A DNA stretch of 64,000 nucleotides from Klebsormidium nitens (Eukaryota > Plantae > Klebsormidiophyceae): contig DF236984.1 in the NCBI GenBank assembly GCA_000708835.1, positions 124,001-188,000 on the forward strand. Direction: 5' to 3'. The stretch's first letter is position 1, and the number at the start of each line of letters is the position of its first letter. The translations under genes and the position numbers were made by a program. A model generated the notes under the pieces. That model made no database searches. It was not told the DNA's origin and was given only the letters and a program-made list of their open reading frames with translations. Shown piece by piece: positions 38,501-51,559 of this stretch.

Positions 38501-41500
38501 TCGGCCCCCGTGCTTTCCGCTGCTGCGGCAGACCGGCTGGTAGACGCCGCATACAAGAAACCAGTCGTCGAGAGGAGATGGCTTGCGAACCGAGAGCGGG
38601 AGAAGGGGAACGAACTCTTCAAGGTGAGCTCCGAATGGCCACGCCTGGGACGGTACAAACTGTGCTGCTTGGTTAGAGGCGATATTGACTGGAGTCTGTG
38701 GCGAATTGGTTTTGGTACCCATTGCAAAGAACATGGTAAGTCTGTGGTGTTGTCTTCCTCCGGTTTTGAGCGCCATTGCTCTATAGGCGCTCTGCTTCCA
38801 ATCCAGGTTTCACCAGCAGTTTCCTTGGCCGCACGTCGAACCAGCACTCTAGATCTCAATAAGCTGATCTATACTGACCGATGTAAGTTAGCAATTTGCT
38901 GCACAACTTGGCCTCTTTGCAATTGTTTCCAGCTGCATTGTTGAACTTCTTTATCAGCTCTGCCTAAGAACCCAGCCATTCACCGAAGTCGGTCCTCAAT
39001 GACAGGCAACAAATAAGGCAGTGCCCACTGTCGACTCTCGATTCCTTCGTGGGAGATTGGTCTCACGTTGCGGAAGAAAATGGTCGAGAACATGCAGAGT
39101 TCCACAAACGAAGCCTTCGCCTTTTCATTTGCAGAGTAAAGAATACCAGGGCAGCATTGCAGCGTACACGCTCGCGATCCGGCTGCTGCCCTCGTTAGAG
39201 TCCGCGTTCTGCAACCGAGCGGCCGCGCACCTCAAACTGAAGCAGTACAAGGAGGCGGAAGCCGACTGTACGGAAGCGCTCAAGATTGATCCAGGGTACT
39301 TGAAGGTATGACTAGTCTTCGGGGTCGTAGCGGTCTCAATCCTTGTAATTCACCAAAGTTGATTAGCATCACATGTGAAGTGGAACGTCGGGCCTTGGAC
39401 AATACCGTTCCAAGTAGAACGGCGAAACTCCAGGCAGGCTTTGCGCACCAGCTTTCTTATCGCCTCTCCCCTTCTAACAATTCAATCATCCTCCACTTTT
39501 TCACCTTTCGGCACTGCAGCTTACCGATCGCTTCGGTGCCTGAGAAACGCACCCTCTTCAAAGTGCTGATCTGCTCTTTCGTCCGCAGGCACTTCGTCGC
39601 CGTGGCATGGCAAGGCTCGAGCTCGGAAACGCGGAGGGAGCGATCGGGGACTTGGAGACCGTTCAGGAATGCGAATACGACAAGGAACTGACGGAGTTGC
39701 TTCGGAAAGCGAGGGCGAAAGTGGGAAAGAAAGCCGGGGCAGAGAAGCCGATGAGACGGATGCAGATCGAAGAGGTAGAAGAGGAGGAGGGTTCGCCAGA
39801 AACGGCTGCAACGGAACCGGAAGTGAGGCCGGAAACGGAACAGGAGGCTGGTAGAGCTGGGAACGGGCACGTGAGTGCTGCAGCGGAACGGACGAAAGCG
39901 GAAGAGCAGCAGAGAGCGGAAAAGGGCGGAACCAACGGGGACAAGAAACGGATGAATGCAGGATCGACGGGGCCGGAGCATTCTCAATCTCGAGAAACAA
40001 ACGGTGGGGCTCGGAAGGACCCTTCTGAGGCAAGTACGGGGAACGCTGCAGAAGTGAAGACTAAACAGAATGAGAGCGACGGGTCAGGGAAGAAGGAGGC
40101 CGGGTCACCAGTCGTGGAAGCTTCGGGAAAAGATGGGACTGCCGCAAATGGAGGGGCTTCCCAGAAGGAGGCCGACGCAGCGCGGCTTGCAGAGGAGTGG
40201 CGGGAGAAAGGAAACGTGCTGTACAAGCGGGGCGACGTCACGGGAGCGGAGGCCTGCTACTCGCAGAGCCTGACGTACAGCGAAAATGCGGCGGCCCTGA
40301 GCAACCGGGCGATGTGCCGGAACCGGTTCGGGCGGTTCCGGGAGGCGGAGGAAGACGCGTCGGCGGCGATCATAGCGGATCCGACGTACGTGAAGGCGTA
40401 CCATAGGCGGGCGGCCGCGAGGCGGGGGCTGCACAAGAAGGAGCAGGCGATGGAGGACTACAAGGTGAGGAACTAGAGTGGCGGTTCCTTCTGTTGAAAA
40501 TGTTGTTTCTACAGGCATTTGCGGGAAAGCCCGTTCGAAAAGACGTGGTTTGTCGCGTCCGGGTGAGCCGATCCAGCGGTCTCAGGCGGCGGTTGTGCCA
40601 AGACGCCTTGAGGACCGGTAGTTACTTGATCATACGTGTACCAGCGCGCACAATGTCTCTTTCTGCTGATGCAATTGCAGGCGTCGACAGACTTGGTTCA
40701 ACGAGCGCGGATGAATCTCGTGACCTCAGGCTTGGTACACCGCATCTTTGCTGCAAAGATTCTTTGCGACAGCGCTCAGGTTTTGTTTTCAACTTCATGT
40801 AATGAAGGGAGACCGGGCCATGCCGCCTTCTGAAAGCTCAAAGCTGGAGAACTTTGTGGAAAGAGTGGTTGCAAAGGGGAGGTGTACAGGAAGCAATCCT
40901 TCGTGAGAACATCTTCTCAAGCAGGGTTCATTCTGAAGGACAGCGGCGATAGAACAAGCTCCCCTTTTGTGTTTTTAAGTCTGCGTTTGGCGTACAAACT
41001 GCGACCACTTGAAGCATTCAATAATCAACGTAGACTAACACGCTCTCTTCGTTTCAGGTGGTTTTGCAGGCGATGCCGAACAACGTCGGCCTGCAAGAGG
41101 AGATCCGGTCGCTGCAAAGCGAGCTCGAAGACTCCATGTACATTCCGCCGAGGAGAGGGGCGCCCGTCATCGAGGAGGTACGTCGTTGCAGGACAGTACA
41201 CGGCGTCGCTGCCTTTCCTTTTCCACTTTGCTGAGTTTACACAATCTTTCCTGTCGTTGTGTAACATCAGACGTCTGCTGAGGGCTGCGCAGTTTACGGC
41301 AAGTTCTTTCCGCTTGCCCCTTCTTCCCTTCGGTTCACGTGTCCTGTAAATTTCTTCTTTCCTCGTTTTTATCGCTTGTTGTTACTTGGTCCCTCTTTGA
41401 GAGCCTCACAATACATCTTCGCATTATTTCTGGTCCTCAAGAGTGCTCATTGTCAAAGATCCGTTCTCCGAATTCCGGAATCGTTTGTTGTGGCGCCTCA

Positions 41501-44500
41501 GCGTCTGGTTGCTACTGACTGTTGGCGCTTAGCACGTATGATTACTTTCTGCTTATGCCTTCACTAAGCTCTGTCTCTGGAAGAGAGAGTTCAGCTTGAT
41601 ATAGACCCGCTGGCATGCTTTGCGGGGCTTCACGGCAATGACGAAACCGCTCCGGGCAAATTGAGTCCACGGCATGATAGCTCCAGAAGCCACAGCCTGT
41701 CTCCTCTTGATATAGCTCAGCCTAATCTTCTCACAACTCGTGTATGTCATAATCTTCTCACAACTCGTGTATGTCAGATGTGGTGCCTCAGGCTAGGGCA
41801 GCGCTTTTATCCATGAAGGTGCTTGTGTGCGTCACACTGTTGGTGAGCCCGTCAGGTCATCTCCACCAGACAAGTATCGAGTATCGTTTCACCACAACGA
41901 ACCTGTATCCGTGAGCGTCTTGATTTGTACTAGTTGGGCGGTCCCTGTCACTATGTGACGTGTACTCTGAAGAAAAATTCAGGGATTCTTGCAGTACTCA
42001 GTAAACGAGCATGCGGCCAATGTGGCTGTTCTGTTGTCCGTTTCAGGGACCTTGTTGCAAGATAGCTGCCTGGATCTGGCCTTATCATAGCAAAATTCAT
42101 GGCCTTCAGTTCAACATGCTGGTTTGGCTTCCGTCATACCACAATCACGCTTCCGCCTCAAGTTGGAAGAACGGCTTAGGAGCTGGCGTCGCTCCAGACA
42201 AAGCTTGAAACCTTATCTTGGGTTTGATCTCCTTGGATGCAACCGTCCTTCTGCGTTGGAGGGAGTTCCCCGCACGGCGGTAATGCAAAAATCAGTTGCG
42301 TATCTGGATAAATAGCAGCGGACTCTGGATGCCGCGGCTTCTCTAAATGTGTTTGCTTCTTTGACTGTCCTTTCTTCATCGCGGTGCCTTACAGTGCGTC
42401 GTGTCACTTCGCCTGCGTTGACGCCATCATTGTGTCCAGCCTTATCCTAAGCTGACTGCTTAGAGCCGGCTCCGCGTTGAATCACGCGTGAATTCTCATC
42501 ATGTGCACTTCGTTTTAATGTATGTAATTGTCCAACGCAGTAGAGGCTCCCTGCGTGGCGGCAATGGAGTTTGATAGATGGCGACGTGGCCATTCCTCTG
42601 TTGAAATATCTGATGCCGCTACCGCTTTGCATGCACTTGCTTCCTTGACTGTCGACCGTACATACCGTGCCCTACGATTGGTTGGTCCGTCGGGCCGCGT
42701 CCTCTATGGTGATACCACAATCCTCTTTCTCCTTTGTTTTGTAAAGATTGCTCAATTGCCAGCTTTGCTCCGGCCAAGTCCGGTCCAGGCTTAGAAGTTC
42801 TACCTTTAGCTCTCACGGTAGATGCAGCTTCCCATTCTCATCTGTACCGCGGTCTCCTACACAGTGGCAATGAGAATTGAACGATGGCTACAAGGCCAAT
42901 TAGGATGTGATTCTGGCTGATGCTCCGGTCTCTTGAGACGCACTTGTTCCTCTGCACTGTCCGTTTCATGCACACAGTCAACGTCAGTTAGTCGGTCATG
43001 TCACGTCGCCTGTGCTGACGCCACAATCCTTTGACGGCCTTGATGTGTGAGAAGTACTCAGAAGCCGGTTTCGCTTCGGCCTTGGCTTGGGAGTACGCTT
43101 TTGGGCTTCTTGTCTTGCGATGCAACTTCCAGCTTTTGTTGGTACCGGCTCTCCTCACTTGGGTAAGAGAGCGGTAGATGGCTGCCTTTCCATTCGGACG
43201 TCGTCTATGTTTGTTACTGCTGGTCTTTCAAGAGGCACTAATATCTTCACCCTGTCCGTATTATGCAAACGCTCACCTACCGCAAATCTTCGTGGGTCAG
43301 TCATCCCTCTGTGGCTTGGTGATGCCTCGATCATGATTTGCCTTGATCGATAAGAAACCCTTTGAAGCCGGCTAGTTTTTGCCCAAGGTTTGAGCGTTTA
43401 TTCTTCGGTTCCGAGCTTTTGAATGCAGCTTTTTATTTGTGTGGTACCGGCTCTCCACACGCTTGCAATGAAGATGGACAGATGGCCACGTGGCCACCTG
43501 TGCCTTCGCTTTCCTGATGCTGCTGGTCTTCAGACGCACTCTTTCTCTCACCTGTCCATATTTTGCACACGCTCACCTTAAAATACATTGAAACGGTCAA
43601 GTCACGTCCCCTGTGCTGATGCGGCAGATCGCGATCCCGCTTCAAAAGTGAAAATTGCTTGGAAGCAGGTCGTTTTCATTCCAGCCAAGGCTTGGACATT
43701 CTACTTGGTGTCTTTTGTTGTATTAGCAACTTTTCACTTATGTTGGTACCAGCTCTCTACACAAGTGGCAATGGAGATTGACAGAAGTGCGACGTGGCCA
43801 GATCAAGGATTCTCGTTTTTGATGCTCCGGGTCTCTTAGATGCACCTGATCTTTCAACTTCTTCCCATTGTTTACACGGTTTAGGGTTTAGGGTTTAGGT
43901 CTGTCACGTCACAGTGTCCACTGTCGTATCAGCCTGCTCGCAACCTGAAGAGATGCAACTTACTGGCGACGCCCACTTTTTGGTGCTTCCTTATCGCAAG
44001 TAAACATGCCTTGGCAAGTTTCAAGCACTCAACTCATACTCTTGGCACGCCTGGCGAACGAGCGGGCCAGCACTTGGTACGTGTACGTTTCCGTCACGTC
44101 TTTGTTTAAGGAGAATAAGAATTTCCTGTGACCTTAAAGGTTCTAATTGGGCTCAGATCTCACACCTGGTGGACCTCGCTGTTCGATCCTTGAATGGTTG
44201 CTTTGAGAAATGTCAGTGCGCCGTTGTTGCGATGGCAAAGACGAGATCAGTTCTGGCATTGGGGCCATTGAGTGATTGTTTCTGAAGCCCTGACCGGGTA
44301 GTCCACCAGTCGTTGATAGCAACTCTTTGGAGTGCCGCCTTGTTTAAGAATGTTTGTCAGCCTGTTAGGCACGAGTAACCTTTTCCATGTCATTTGCAAG
44401 TGCTCAAAAGGGGCGACTGCCGTTCCTGGATAGCATCATTGGCAGGTCTCTGAGAACTTTTGATGAGCAGTATCAGCAGCTTGAGCAGTAAGCTTACCCT

Positions 44501-47500
44501 TATTCCCGACAGCATTACATGCTCGTTGCGGGGACAGCTCTCGTCGACACGTTACCCCGGTTGTTTGGTGGCGTCCCGGAGCCCTTTGATCAGAGGTCGG
44601 GGCTGCCTCTGTTTGTGTAACGATTCATCGGCCCGGCCCACTCACGGTTGGCCGACTAGACGCCAAGCTGGCTAATGTGCATTGAAAGAGCGAGCTTTGG
44701 GACACCGTGTGCTTTCCACGTTGGCGCCCAAACGTCAGGTGTGCATATACCTGCAGCAGTTATGAAGACCACTATTGCTGGCCTTTCTGGCCATGATTCA
44801 TTTCTTGGGGCCTTCCGACGCTGCCTTCTCGAAAAGCTTGGTAGGACCACACCTTGAAAAGCCTGCCTGACATTGCACATTCTGCAGTAGCAGGGATTGA
44901 TCGAGTGGCTTTCTAAATCGTGACCCAACCGTCAATTCAGATGCTCAACTCGTCCAGTCTGTAAGCCCTTCTCTTCGCCCCTTTGCCATCAGTATATCTG
45001 AATGACTCATCAAATCACGTTGCCTTCTCTTGTGCTATGTGTATCCACAGAGCCGCTGGCGAAAGTCCCCTAACAAGGTCTTCGAGGCCAAGCGCAGCTA
45101 CAGAATTGGTTGACGTCACGTGTACTGTTTTGTCTCTCACCGCGATTTCTTTGGCTGAATTCCAGTATATGGGGCAAGGATCTTGTTATTGTTCACGTCC
45201 TTTTTCGAGTAAAGAGGCGGTCACTCTTATGCTTGCACGATCAACCATTATAAGAACGGGTTGTTCGATTCGCATTCTCCAATGCCACTTGCGTTCGATC
45301 GGCATCGACTTCTTAGCGTTCTTCACGTGCATTTGCACATGCGGCGTGTCTGTCTGCACAGCGAGGCGTGTCTATCTGCAAAGTGAGGCGTTTTGTCCGA
45401 AGTCAAGCTTCCAAGGAGACGCTTTAGATCGGAGAAGCAAGTAATTGTGCATCACATTGATGACGGGATGAAGGGCTTTCCTGTTGTTTTGAACTCATTG
45501 AGAGGCAATGAGGACGTCAAATGAACAGACCTTTTGGCCATTTTCCAGTTCAGCAATCCAGATGCCTCCCTTGCGCACCTCCTTTCTCTCCTGGTAAGCT
45601 TCGGGTTTTAACCGGGTGCGATCTTTTCAATGATGACTTTTCAGTAAGCTCTGAGGAGACGCATGTGACATACAAATAGATGCTAGCATTGGTGGGCGCC
45701 GAAAACCTGGAATCTCTCGTAAAAGGAAATTGTGATGTTTGCATATTGCAACTGCAGTAATATTCTGTAGGAAAGTGAGGAGGCGTCACTTTCTCCCACT
45801 TATATGTTGTGCTGTCCAGTCGTCTTGTTTATGAGGGTTCTAAGCGCACGGTTGTACGTCCACATCTCCCGTTTCATATTTTGGGTCCGGACTTGTTCTA
45901 CAGGTTCAAAGTTCCAAGGGGCAATTGCGCGGTACTCGATGATTGTAGCAGGAAAGGCAGGAAGAAAATGACGTGGCACCTATAGCCAGGAATCGATCGT
46001 CTCGTTCTTTCAGATGCTTTCAAAACCTGAAAGATTTTCAGCATTGGCTATTTTAATGTGTCGACCGGACATTTTTATTGCCCTGCCAGATGCTGAAGGC
46101 TGTGCCTTGAAGCTGTTGTCACATGCTGGTGGCCCGTATTTTGGCAAGGGTATTGGAGCTACCTCGCTCTAGTCAACATGCAGTGTTTGCACCGGGTCGG
46201 CTTTGGTGGATCTTTAATGAAGGAGTCTATTTCGGCGTATTCTTGAGTCGGAAGATCCGTGGTCCTTGTGACGCTTTTTTTTCCCGATCGCAACCCCATT
46301 TATCCTTGAATCAAGCGGCTATGTCCCCCAATTTCCATAGTTCCCTTCCGTAAATGGAACGGAATAAAAATGCTAAAGCTTTGTTTATCGGGCCTTGAAT
46401 CTGATGCGTGGTACTTGCTAGATCCTTCATGCGCTCCTTGACAAAACAAGTATTTCAACTTCAGAAATTCAGCTCTAGCAATTTCCTACACCCCTTTCGA
46501 AGCCGCTATTTGACGGCGCACGCCTATCCAGACGGTCGGAAGGCAATCCCAGGAACTGTCAAGCGTACGAAGTCAAGTGTAATCAACAAGACCGTCTGCC
46601 TCTCTTCTCAAGACGTGCTTCTTTCTTTCGCAGGTAGAGGAAGAAGCTCCCGCCGCCACGACACCGGTGCCCCCAAAGCCGGCCCAAAACATGGTTAAGC
46701 CACCCGTTAGCGATGCACGAAAACCTAAACCCAACACCAAGCCAGCGGAACCAGCCAAGACATCTTCTGACGAAAAGCCGGCTTTTGAAGGAGCACAGCC
46801 CAGTCCACGGAAAGCTCAGCGGATTCCGCGGCCCACTGAAAGCATCTCTTCGGACGGAATCCGGCCGGAATCTGACGAGAAGGCGGAGTCCCCGGAAAAG
46901 GTGGAGGAGATGCAAGCGGAAGGGCAGGCTGTGGGTTCGATGTCGAAGGGGCCGGAGCAGGCGGAGGAAGGGGCTTCGTTATCGAAGTCGAAAGAGGGGG
47001 CTGCGCAGGAAACGGAAGAGAACCGGCCGGCAGTTCGGGAGAAGCCAGCACCTAAAGAATCGTTTCCGTCAGTCAGCGCAGAGAAGGAGGTAACGCCAGA
47101 AGAGATTCCTCCCGCCTCGAAGAGTTCCGCAGCGGAATCAGGGCGGAAAGAGGAAGCGGAGCGCGAGAAAGAGGCGGGCAACCGGCTGTTCAAAGCCAGG
47201 GACGTCGCCGGCGCTCTGAAGCACTACTCCCGAGCGATCGAGCTCCAACCGGGCAACGCGGCTTTCTACGGCAACCGGGCGATGTGCTATCTGCAGCTGA
47301 AAGAGTACGAGAAAGTGGTCAAGGACTCCTCCCGGGCACTGGAATTGGACCCGGGATATACGAAGGCGTACTACCGCCGGGCGCTGGCGAGGAAGGGCCT
47401 GGGGCAGTATGAAGCGGCGCTGGAGGATCTGAAGTTCGTGCAAGAGAAGCTGCCCAAAGACAAGCAGGTGAGGAGCAACCTTTGCTGCGAACTGCACTCT

Positions 47501-50500
47501 TCCTTTGGAGTACCTGCGAGTTCCGGGGCGCCTCGGGTGCGACCGTTGAAACTCTGACGAAGTTTGTAAAGGCTTAACGTGGACTTCCCAGCATTCAAAA
47601 GGATTATTTGAGCCTAAGTTTGCCCTTTTGAGTTGCCATGGCGGCAATCTAGCAAGGAGGAGGTCAATCAGCTGGCAGTCGAGCATCGAGTTGCAGATCT
47701 GGCTGCACCGAGAACACTGTCACATGACGAACGGTGAATGAGAATGTTGACACAATTGAGTACTGAGCACGGCTTTGTTTCTTGCTTGGGTTGATCCAAA
47801 GAAGCCAGCAGCTACTTGACTCCTCCTACTCACGACTTCCTCAGCGAAACACTGGCTTCCAGCCGTTTCAGTCACATCCCGCAGATGTTTCGTCTTCGGC
47901 CTAAGCCCGAGACTTTTGAGAGTTCTCAACCCGGTATCGATTTTCCCAAAACACCTTCGCCTAAGTCTTTTGCTATTACATGCCCCAATGAAACGTTTTT
48001 GCAGGTGACGGAGGAGGTCCTCGCTATCACCGACCTCTACATGCGCCGCTTTGAGAACCTGACGTCAGCGCCCCCCGTGTCGTCACCGACTGCTCCGGCC
48101 AGCCGGGAAGCACCGGCAGGGGGCAATAACCCCCAAGGACGTAGCCCCCCGGCGCAAAAGACCACGGAGCCTTCGGTCCCGGCAAAGACGGTTTTGCCCA
48201 CGTGGTTAAAAGAGCAGCTAGCGGAGCAAGTCAAGCAGGGGGCGCTGAAGAAGGACGAGACTAGCGGCGTTCCTGCCCCCCCAAAAAGTTCGTCGGAGAA
48301 CGAGCCTCCCTCGGGGGGGGTGGCGAGAAACGTGGGGTCGCTGACGGACGAGGTGTTCGAAAGCAGGCCGTCCTTCTTCGAATCGAACGGCGGCAAGGCG
48401 CAGTTCAGTGCGGGGAGCTTCGACAAGAAGGCGGTGTCGCCCAAAACCTCCCCCCGGGGTGCTTTGAAGAAGCGGGCATCTCCCCGATCGGTCGTTACCA
48501 CGGCAACGGAAGCGAAGACCCCCCCTAACGAGCCCGAAGAAGAAACACTGGCAGCTACCCCCCCGGAAAAGATTGCCAGAGTACGGGGGGTAGGATCGGT
48601 GGATTCGAAACCGCCGAGTGCGAAACAGGGGGTGGAAACGGCTACTGCTCCCGCCAGCCTGGCAGGGAATGGTGCAAGCCGGGGGGTAGAAAACGGCGGA
48701 CGCGTCGAAGCCGAGGAAGCCCGGCAAGGGGTGGCTGCATCTTCGACGCCGAAAGTTGAAAGGGAGAGTGCGGAAGGGAAGGCTCTGCCAGCGAAGCCGC
48801 GAAGCGCTTTGGAGTTCGAGCGGGCGTGCGCAAGCTTGGGCAAGCCGGAGAGAATAGCTGCCTACCTGCAGGTAAGGTCCGTTCTATCTTTAGACTTGAG
48901 GCCAGGGAGGGTCTGGCTGATGCGCTTTGGAGATTGATTGGTGCTTTAAGGATTAGTCACGCCGTATAGGCCGAGTCTTTGATTACTTAGGGCTGGGTAA
49001 AACCTGGATTGCTTGCCGCGAGAACCGGCCCGGTGTTCAGGTGCCAAGGAAAGCTTCAAGTTTAGTACGTCATATGTTGACCGTTCTGTTTGAAAGTGTC
49101 GCCGAAACCATTCTGAGACACGGGCGGGTTCGAAAACCCTTGAAGTGCCCGGCAACCTTGCCTTGAGCAGCTACGGATATGCCGACCCCTCAGACCCATA
49201 CACGCTTGCAATAGGGCTTTTCCATAACCCGAACACGGACACTCGGTTCTGCCTCTTCTCTCCCCCCCCCCGGGTTGTTGCGGAAGGCGTTTTGCCCGTT
49301 GACGCTGCAAAGATGCAAGCGCTTTTTCCAGCCTACCCAAATCTCTTTTTACTTCGTTGCAATACCGGAACCCGCTCTATATGGCAGTGCCCGTCTGCTC
49401 GACTTTTGGTTTCACTGCTTTCAGTATGTCTGCAGTCTGTCGTTCCAACACTCCCGCCAGGATTGAGAGCTAACCGAATCGGACCCACCCGATCTCAAAA
49501 CTCATTCAGAGGACTCGTCGAAAATCGAAGATGAAAGATCTGTTTGAGCACTGATTCCATTGTGACCTTTCCATGCAGATCGTGGGTCCTGCCAGCTACC
49601 CCTCCATCATCAAAGAGAACTTGAGCGCTGTTCTTATGACCCATATCGGCAGTGCCCTGTCGGCACTCCCGGCCAAGACGTCCGCTGACGTCATGAGCGG
49701 GCTCGCTGACGTCAGCCGCTTCAAGCTGGTCTGGATGCTGCTCCCGCCCGCAACCAAGAAAAGTGAGAGTTCCTGCTTTCCAAATTGAACCATTGTCTTT
49801 TCTGTGATTCTTCTTCTAACACTTCGCGCTTGATCTGCTCATTTCCCTTGGCGTCTTCTAAGTTTTTTCTGTTCCGCTTGTGTTTCTTCCGTCTTCGAGC
49901 GTCCTCGCTTATGGTTTGCACTTTCTTCTCTTCTCATTCGCTGCATGCTCTCAACTCTTGTTTTCCTGATCCTTGGTGTCTAGTGAGGCATTTGAGAGGG
50001 CACTTCTGTGCTCCAGCCGCCAGAAGCGTACGCACCGGATCTCAGCCATTTTTAGTTGTCGAACCCGAAGCTGTAGGCCCTGCACGAATGAATCGTCCCT
50101 CGTTGCCTGCCGCCGCTAGAACCGACAGCTTCGCATTCTCCTCGTCTCTGGAGATCGGACCGTCAGTACCGTGTTTGTTTTGGACTTTCTTTCAAGAATC
50201 TTCTCAGGAGAAGGCAAGGAAGGACGTCTCACGAGAAACCAGGGAAGAACATTTTAATCGACAATTATGAGTCACTGGCCATATCGGAAGGTCCGCTTTC
50301 TTCCTCTACCTGGCTCTACCTGGGTGGCCCACAATCAGAATTCAAACGGTCGGGTTTTTGTTTTTAAAAACATTTTTTTTATTGAATTCAAGTTTCGCTT
50401 TCCAAGTCATTTCCACTTTTTTCCATGTGCAGATTACGCTGCAGCGCTGACGAGGGGACGAACGGAAGACGTGTCTCCGGAGCTTCAGCAAAAAGTGGAG

Positions 50501-50515
50501 AGAGTGTATCGGTAA
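35503..50515 (+). CDS. SPAG1: SPAG1 (DNAAF13)/RPAP3-family co-chaperone with three TPR clusters and an RPAP3_C domain (about 1302 aa)
   Basis: Twelve exons: 35503-35603, 36383-36544, 37063-37210, 37674-37832, 38420-38623, 39135-39305, 39589-40464, 41058-41177, 46634-47467, 48005-48871, 49579-49762, 50433-50515 (3909 nt, in frame). SPAG1-type N-terminus (FDKIQALTDVNKL, LKSWEASVK, PPVR, YYQKWDK); three carboxylate-clamp TPR clusters (EREKGNELFK, WREKGNVLYK, EKEAGNRLFK); C-terminal P.SALEFERA...DVSRF.LVWMLL. Confidence 0.85.
41723..41776. repeat. Perfect 27-bp tandem duplication
   Basis: taatcttctcacaactcgtgtatgtca twice. Confidence 0.9.
42536..43925 (+). repeat. Five diverged tandem units of about 300 bp in SPAG1 intron 8
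   Basis: Anchor gtacc(g/a)gctctc-like motifs at about 42541, 42844, 43142, 43444 and 43746; most units also share gcaatg..gat.gac/tagatgg, tgatgct..ggtct and gtcacgtc..ctgtgctga. Confidence 0.75.
43878..43899 (+). repeat. Interstitial telomeric repeat, about three TTTAGGG units
   Basis: ggtttagggtttagggtttagg. Confidence 0.85.
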
Positions 50516-51480
50516 CAAGAACCGGCAGTATTGGAATGCCGACAGGAAATGCTAGGCCAGGCCGTGTGTAGCGGTTTCTAAGAAGGTTCCGAGAGGACCA
50601 AAGACGTTAGTTGATATCATTGACAAAAGAGAGTCCTTTGTTATATTGGAGAAAACGATCAGGCCATTATTTCTGATTGAATGTCAGCGGGCGCGGCTGA
50701 TGTGCAAGGGATATGAACCACTGGGACTCACAGGCCATCACACTTTCAGCGACTGTCAATTGCACAATAAGACTAAAAACTTCTGTTCTTTCAGCGATGA
50801 GCCGCGTCAGAATGCTGTCACCGTTTGCCCAAAGACGCATCTTCTCAGCTTCTCAGCTTGCATGCTCCTTCAAGACCGCCCCGGGGGTTGTAATGAGATT
50901 GGATCGTCACCGTACTGCATGACGGAACAGCTCCAGGACATACAGCCATACTCACTTCGGCACGCCCAATCGTTAATCGACGGCACTGTCGTTCAGTGGG
51001 TATAAAGCTTGCGCCGGGCTTTAAGCATAGCTTGATATGTAAAGCCCGGCCGCATAGAGGAATCACGGCTTTGGGCGATTATTTGAACTTTGAAAGATCC
51101 GTGTCTGCCACATTGCGTGGTCCACTTTATACGTGTCGATCATGGCATTCAAAGCCAAGGAGTGAAGCAGCCTTCCGGCACGCCGCCATCATTGCTGACA
51201 ATTAGTTCCGAAGTTCAAGTTTGCCATCGCGCGCGGAGCAAAGTGTTGCAAGTTTCTAGCTTTCAACGCGGAACCAGCGTGCGCGCACGGTGGTCGTATC
51301 TTTGGGATTGTGTATATGCCTCCGGCGACCGGCGCCAATCTCAGAACCCTACAATCTAGCTAGATATGACCGTAGCGAAAGCTTAGGTTGGAACAGGTGT
51401 GCATCTCGATCATGGCGCGACAGTTCAGGAATAGCAAGCTCAAGGAATCATTAGTAAGCTCCATCACTATAAACACTGAA

Positions 51481-51559
51481 AACCTAACCAACTAACCCAC
51501 AAAATCACCCGCTCCGTACCCGAACCCACCCTAACCCCTAAACGAACCCCACCCGTCCC
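51481..51559 (-). repeat. Dispersed G-rich repeat, copy 2
   Basis: Reverse complement aligns with 10239-10308. Confidence 0.65.

Noticed and set aside
42536-43925. CRISPR array interpretation of the regular repeats
   Set aside because: The units are about 300 bp, diverged along their full length, lack unique spacers and sit in a spliceosomal intron with no cas genes.
47632-47648. gttgccatggcggcaat resembling an RFX X-box
   Set aside because: It is imperfect, lies deep in an intron, and RFX factors are not known from the green lineage.
46725-48843. Long minus-strand ORFs over SPAG1 exons (for example 48037-48843 and 47138-47686)
   Set aside because: These are antisense shadow frames of GC-rich coding exons with no independent protein signal; likewise for those over the LRR, XRRA1-like and Arg/Ala-rich genes.
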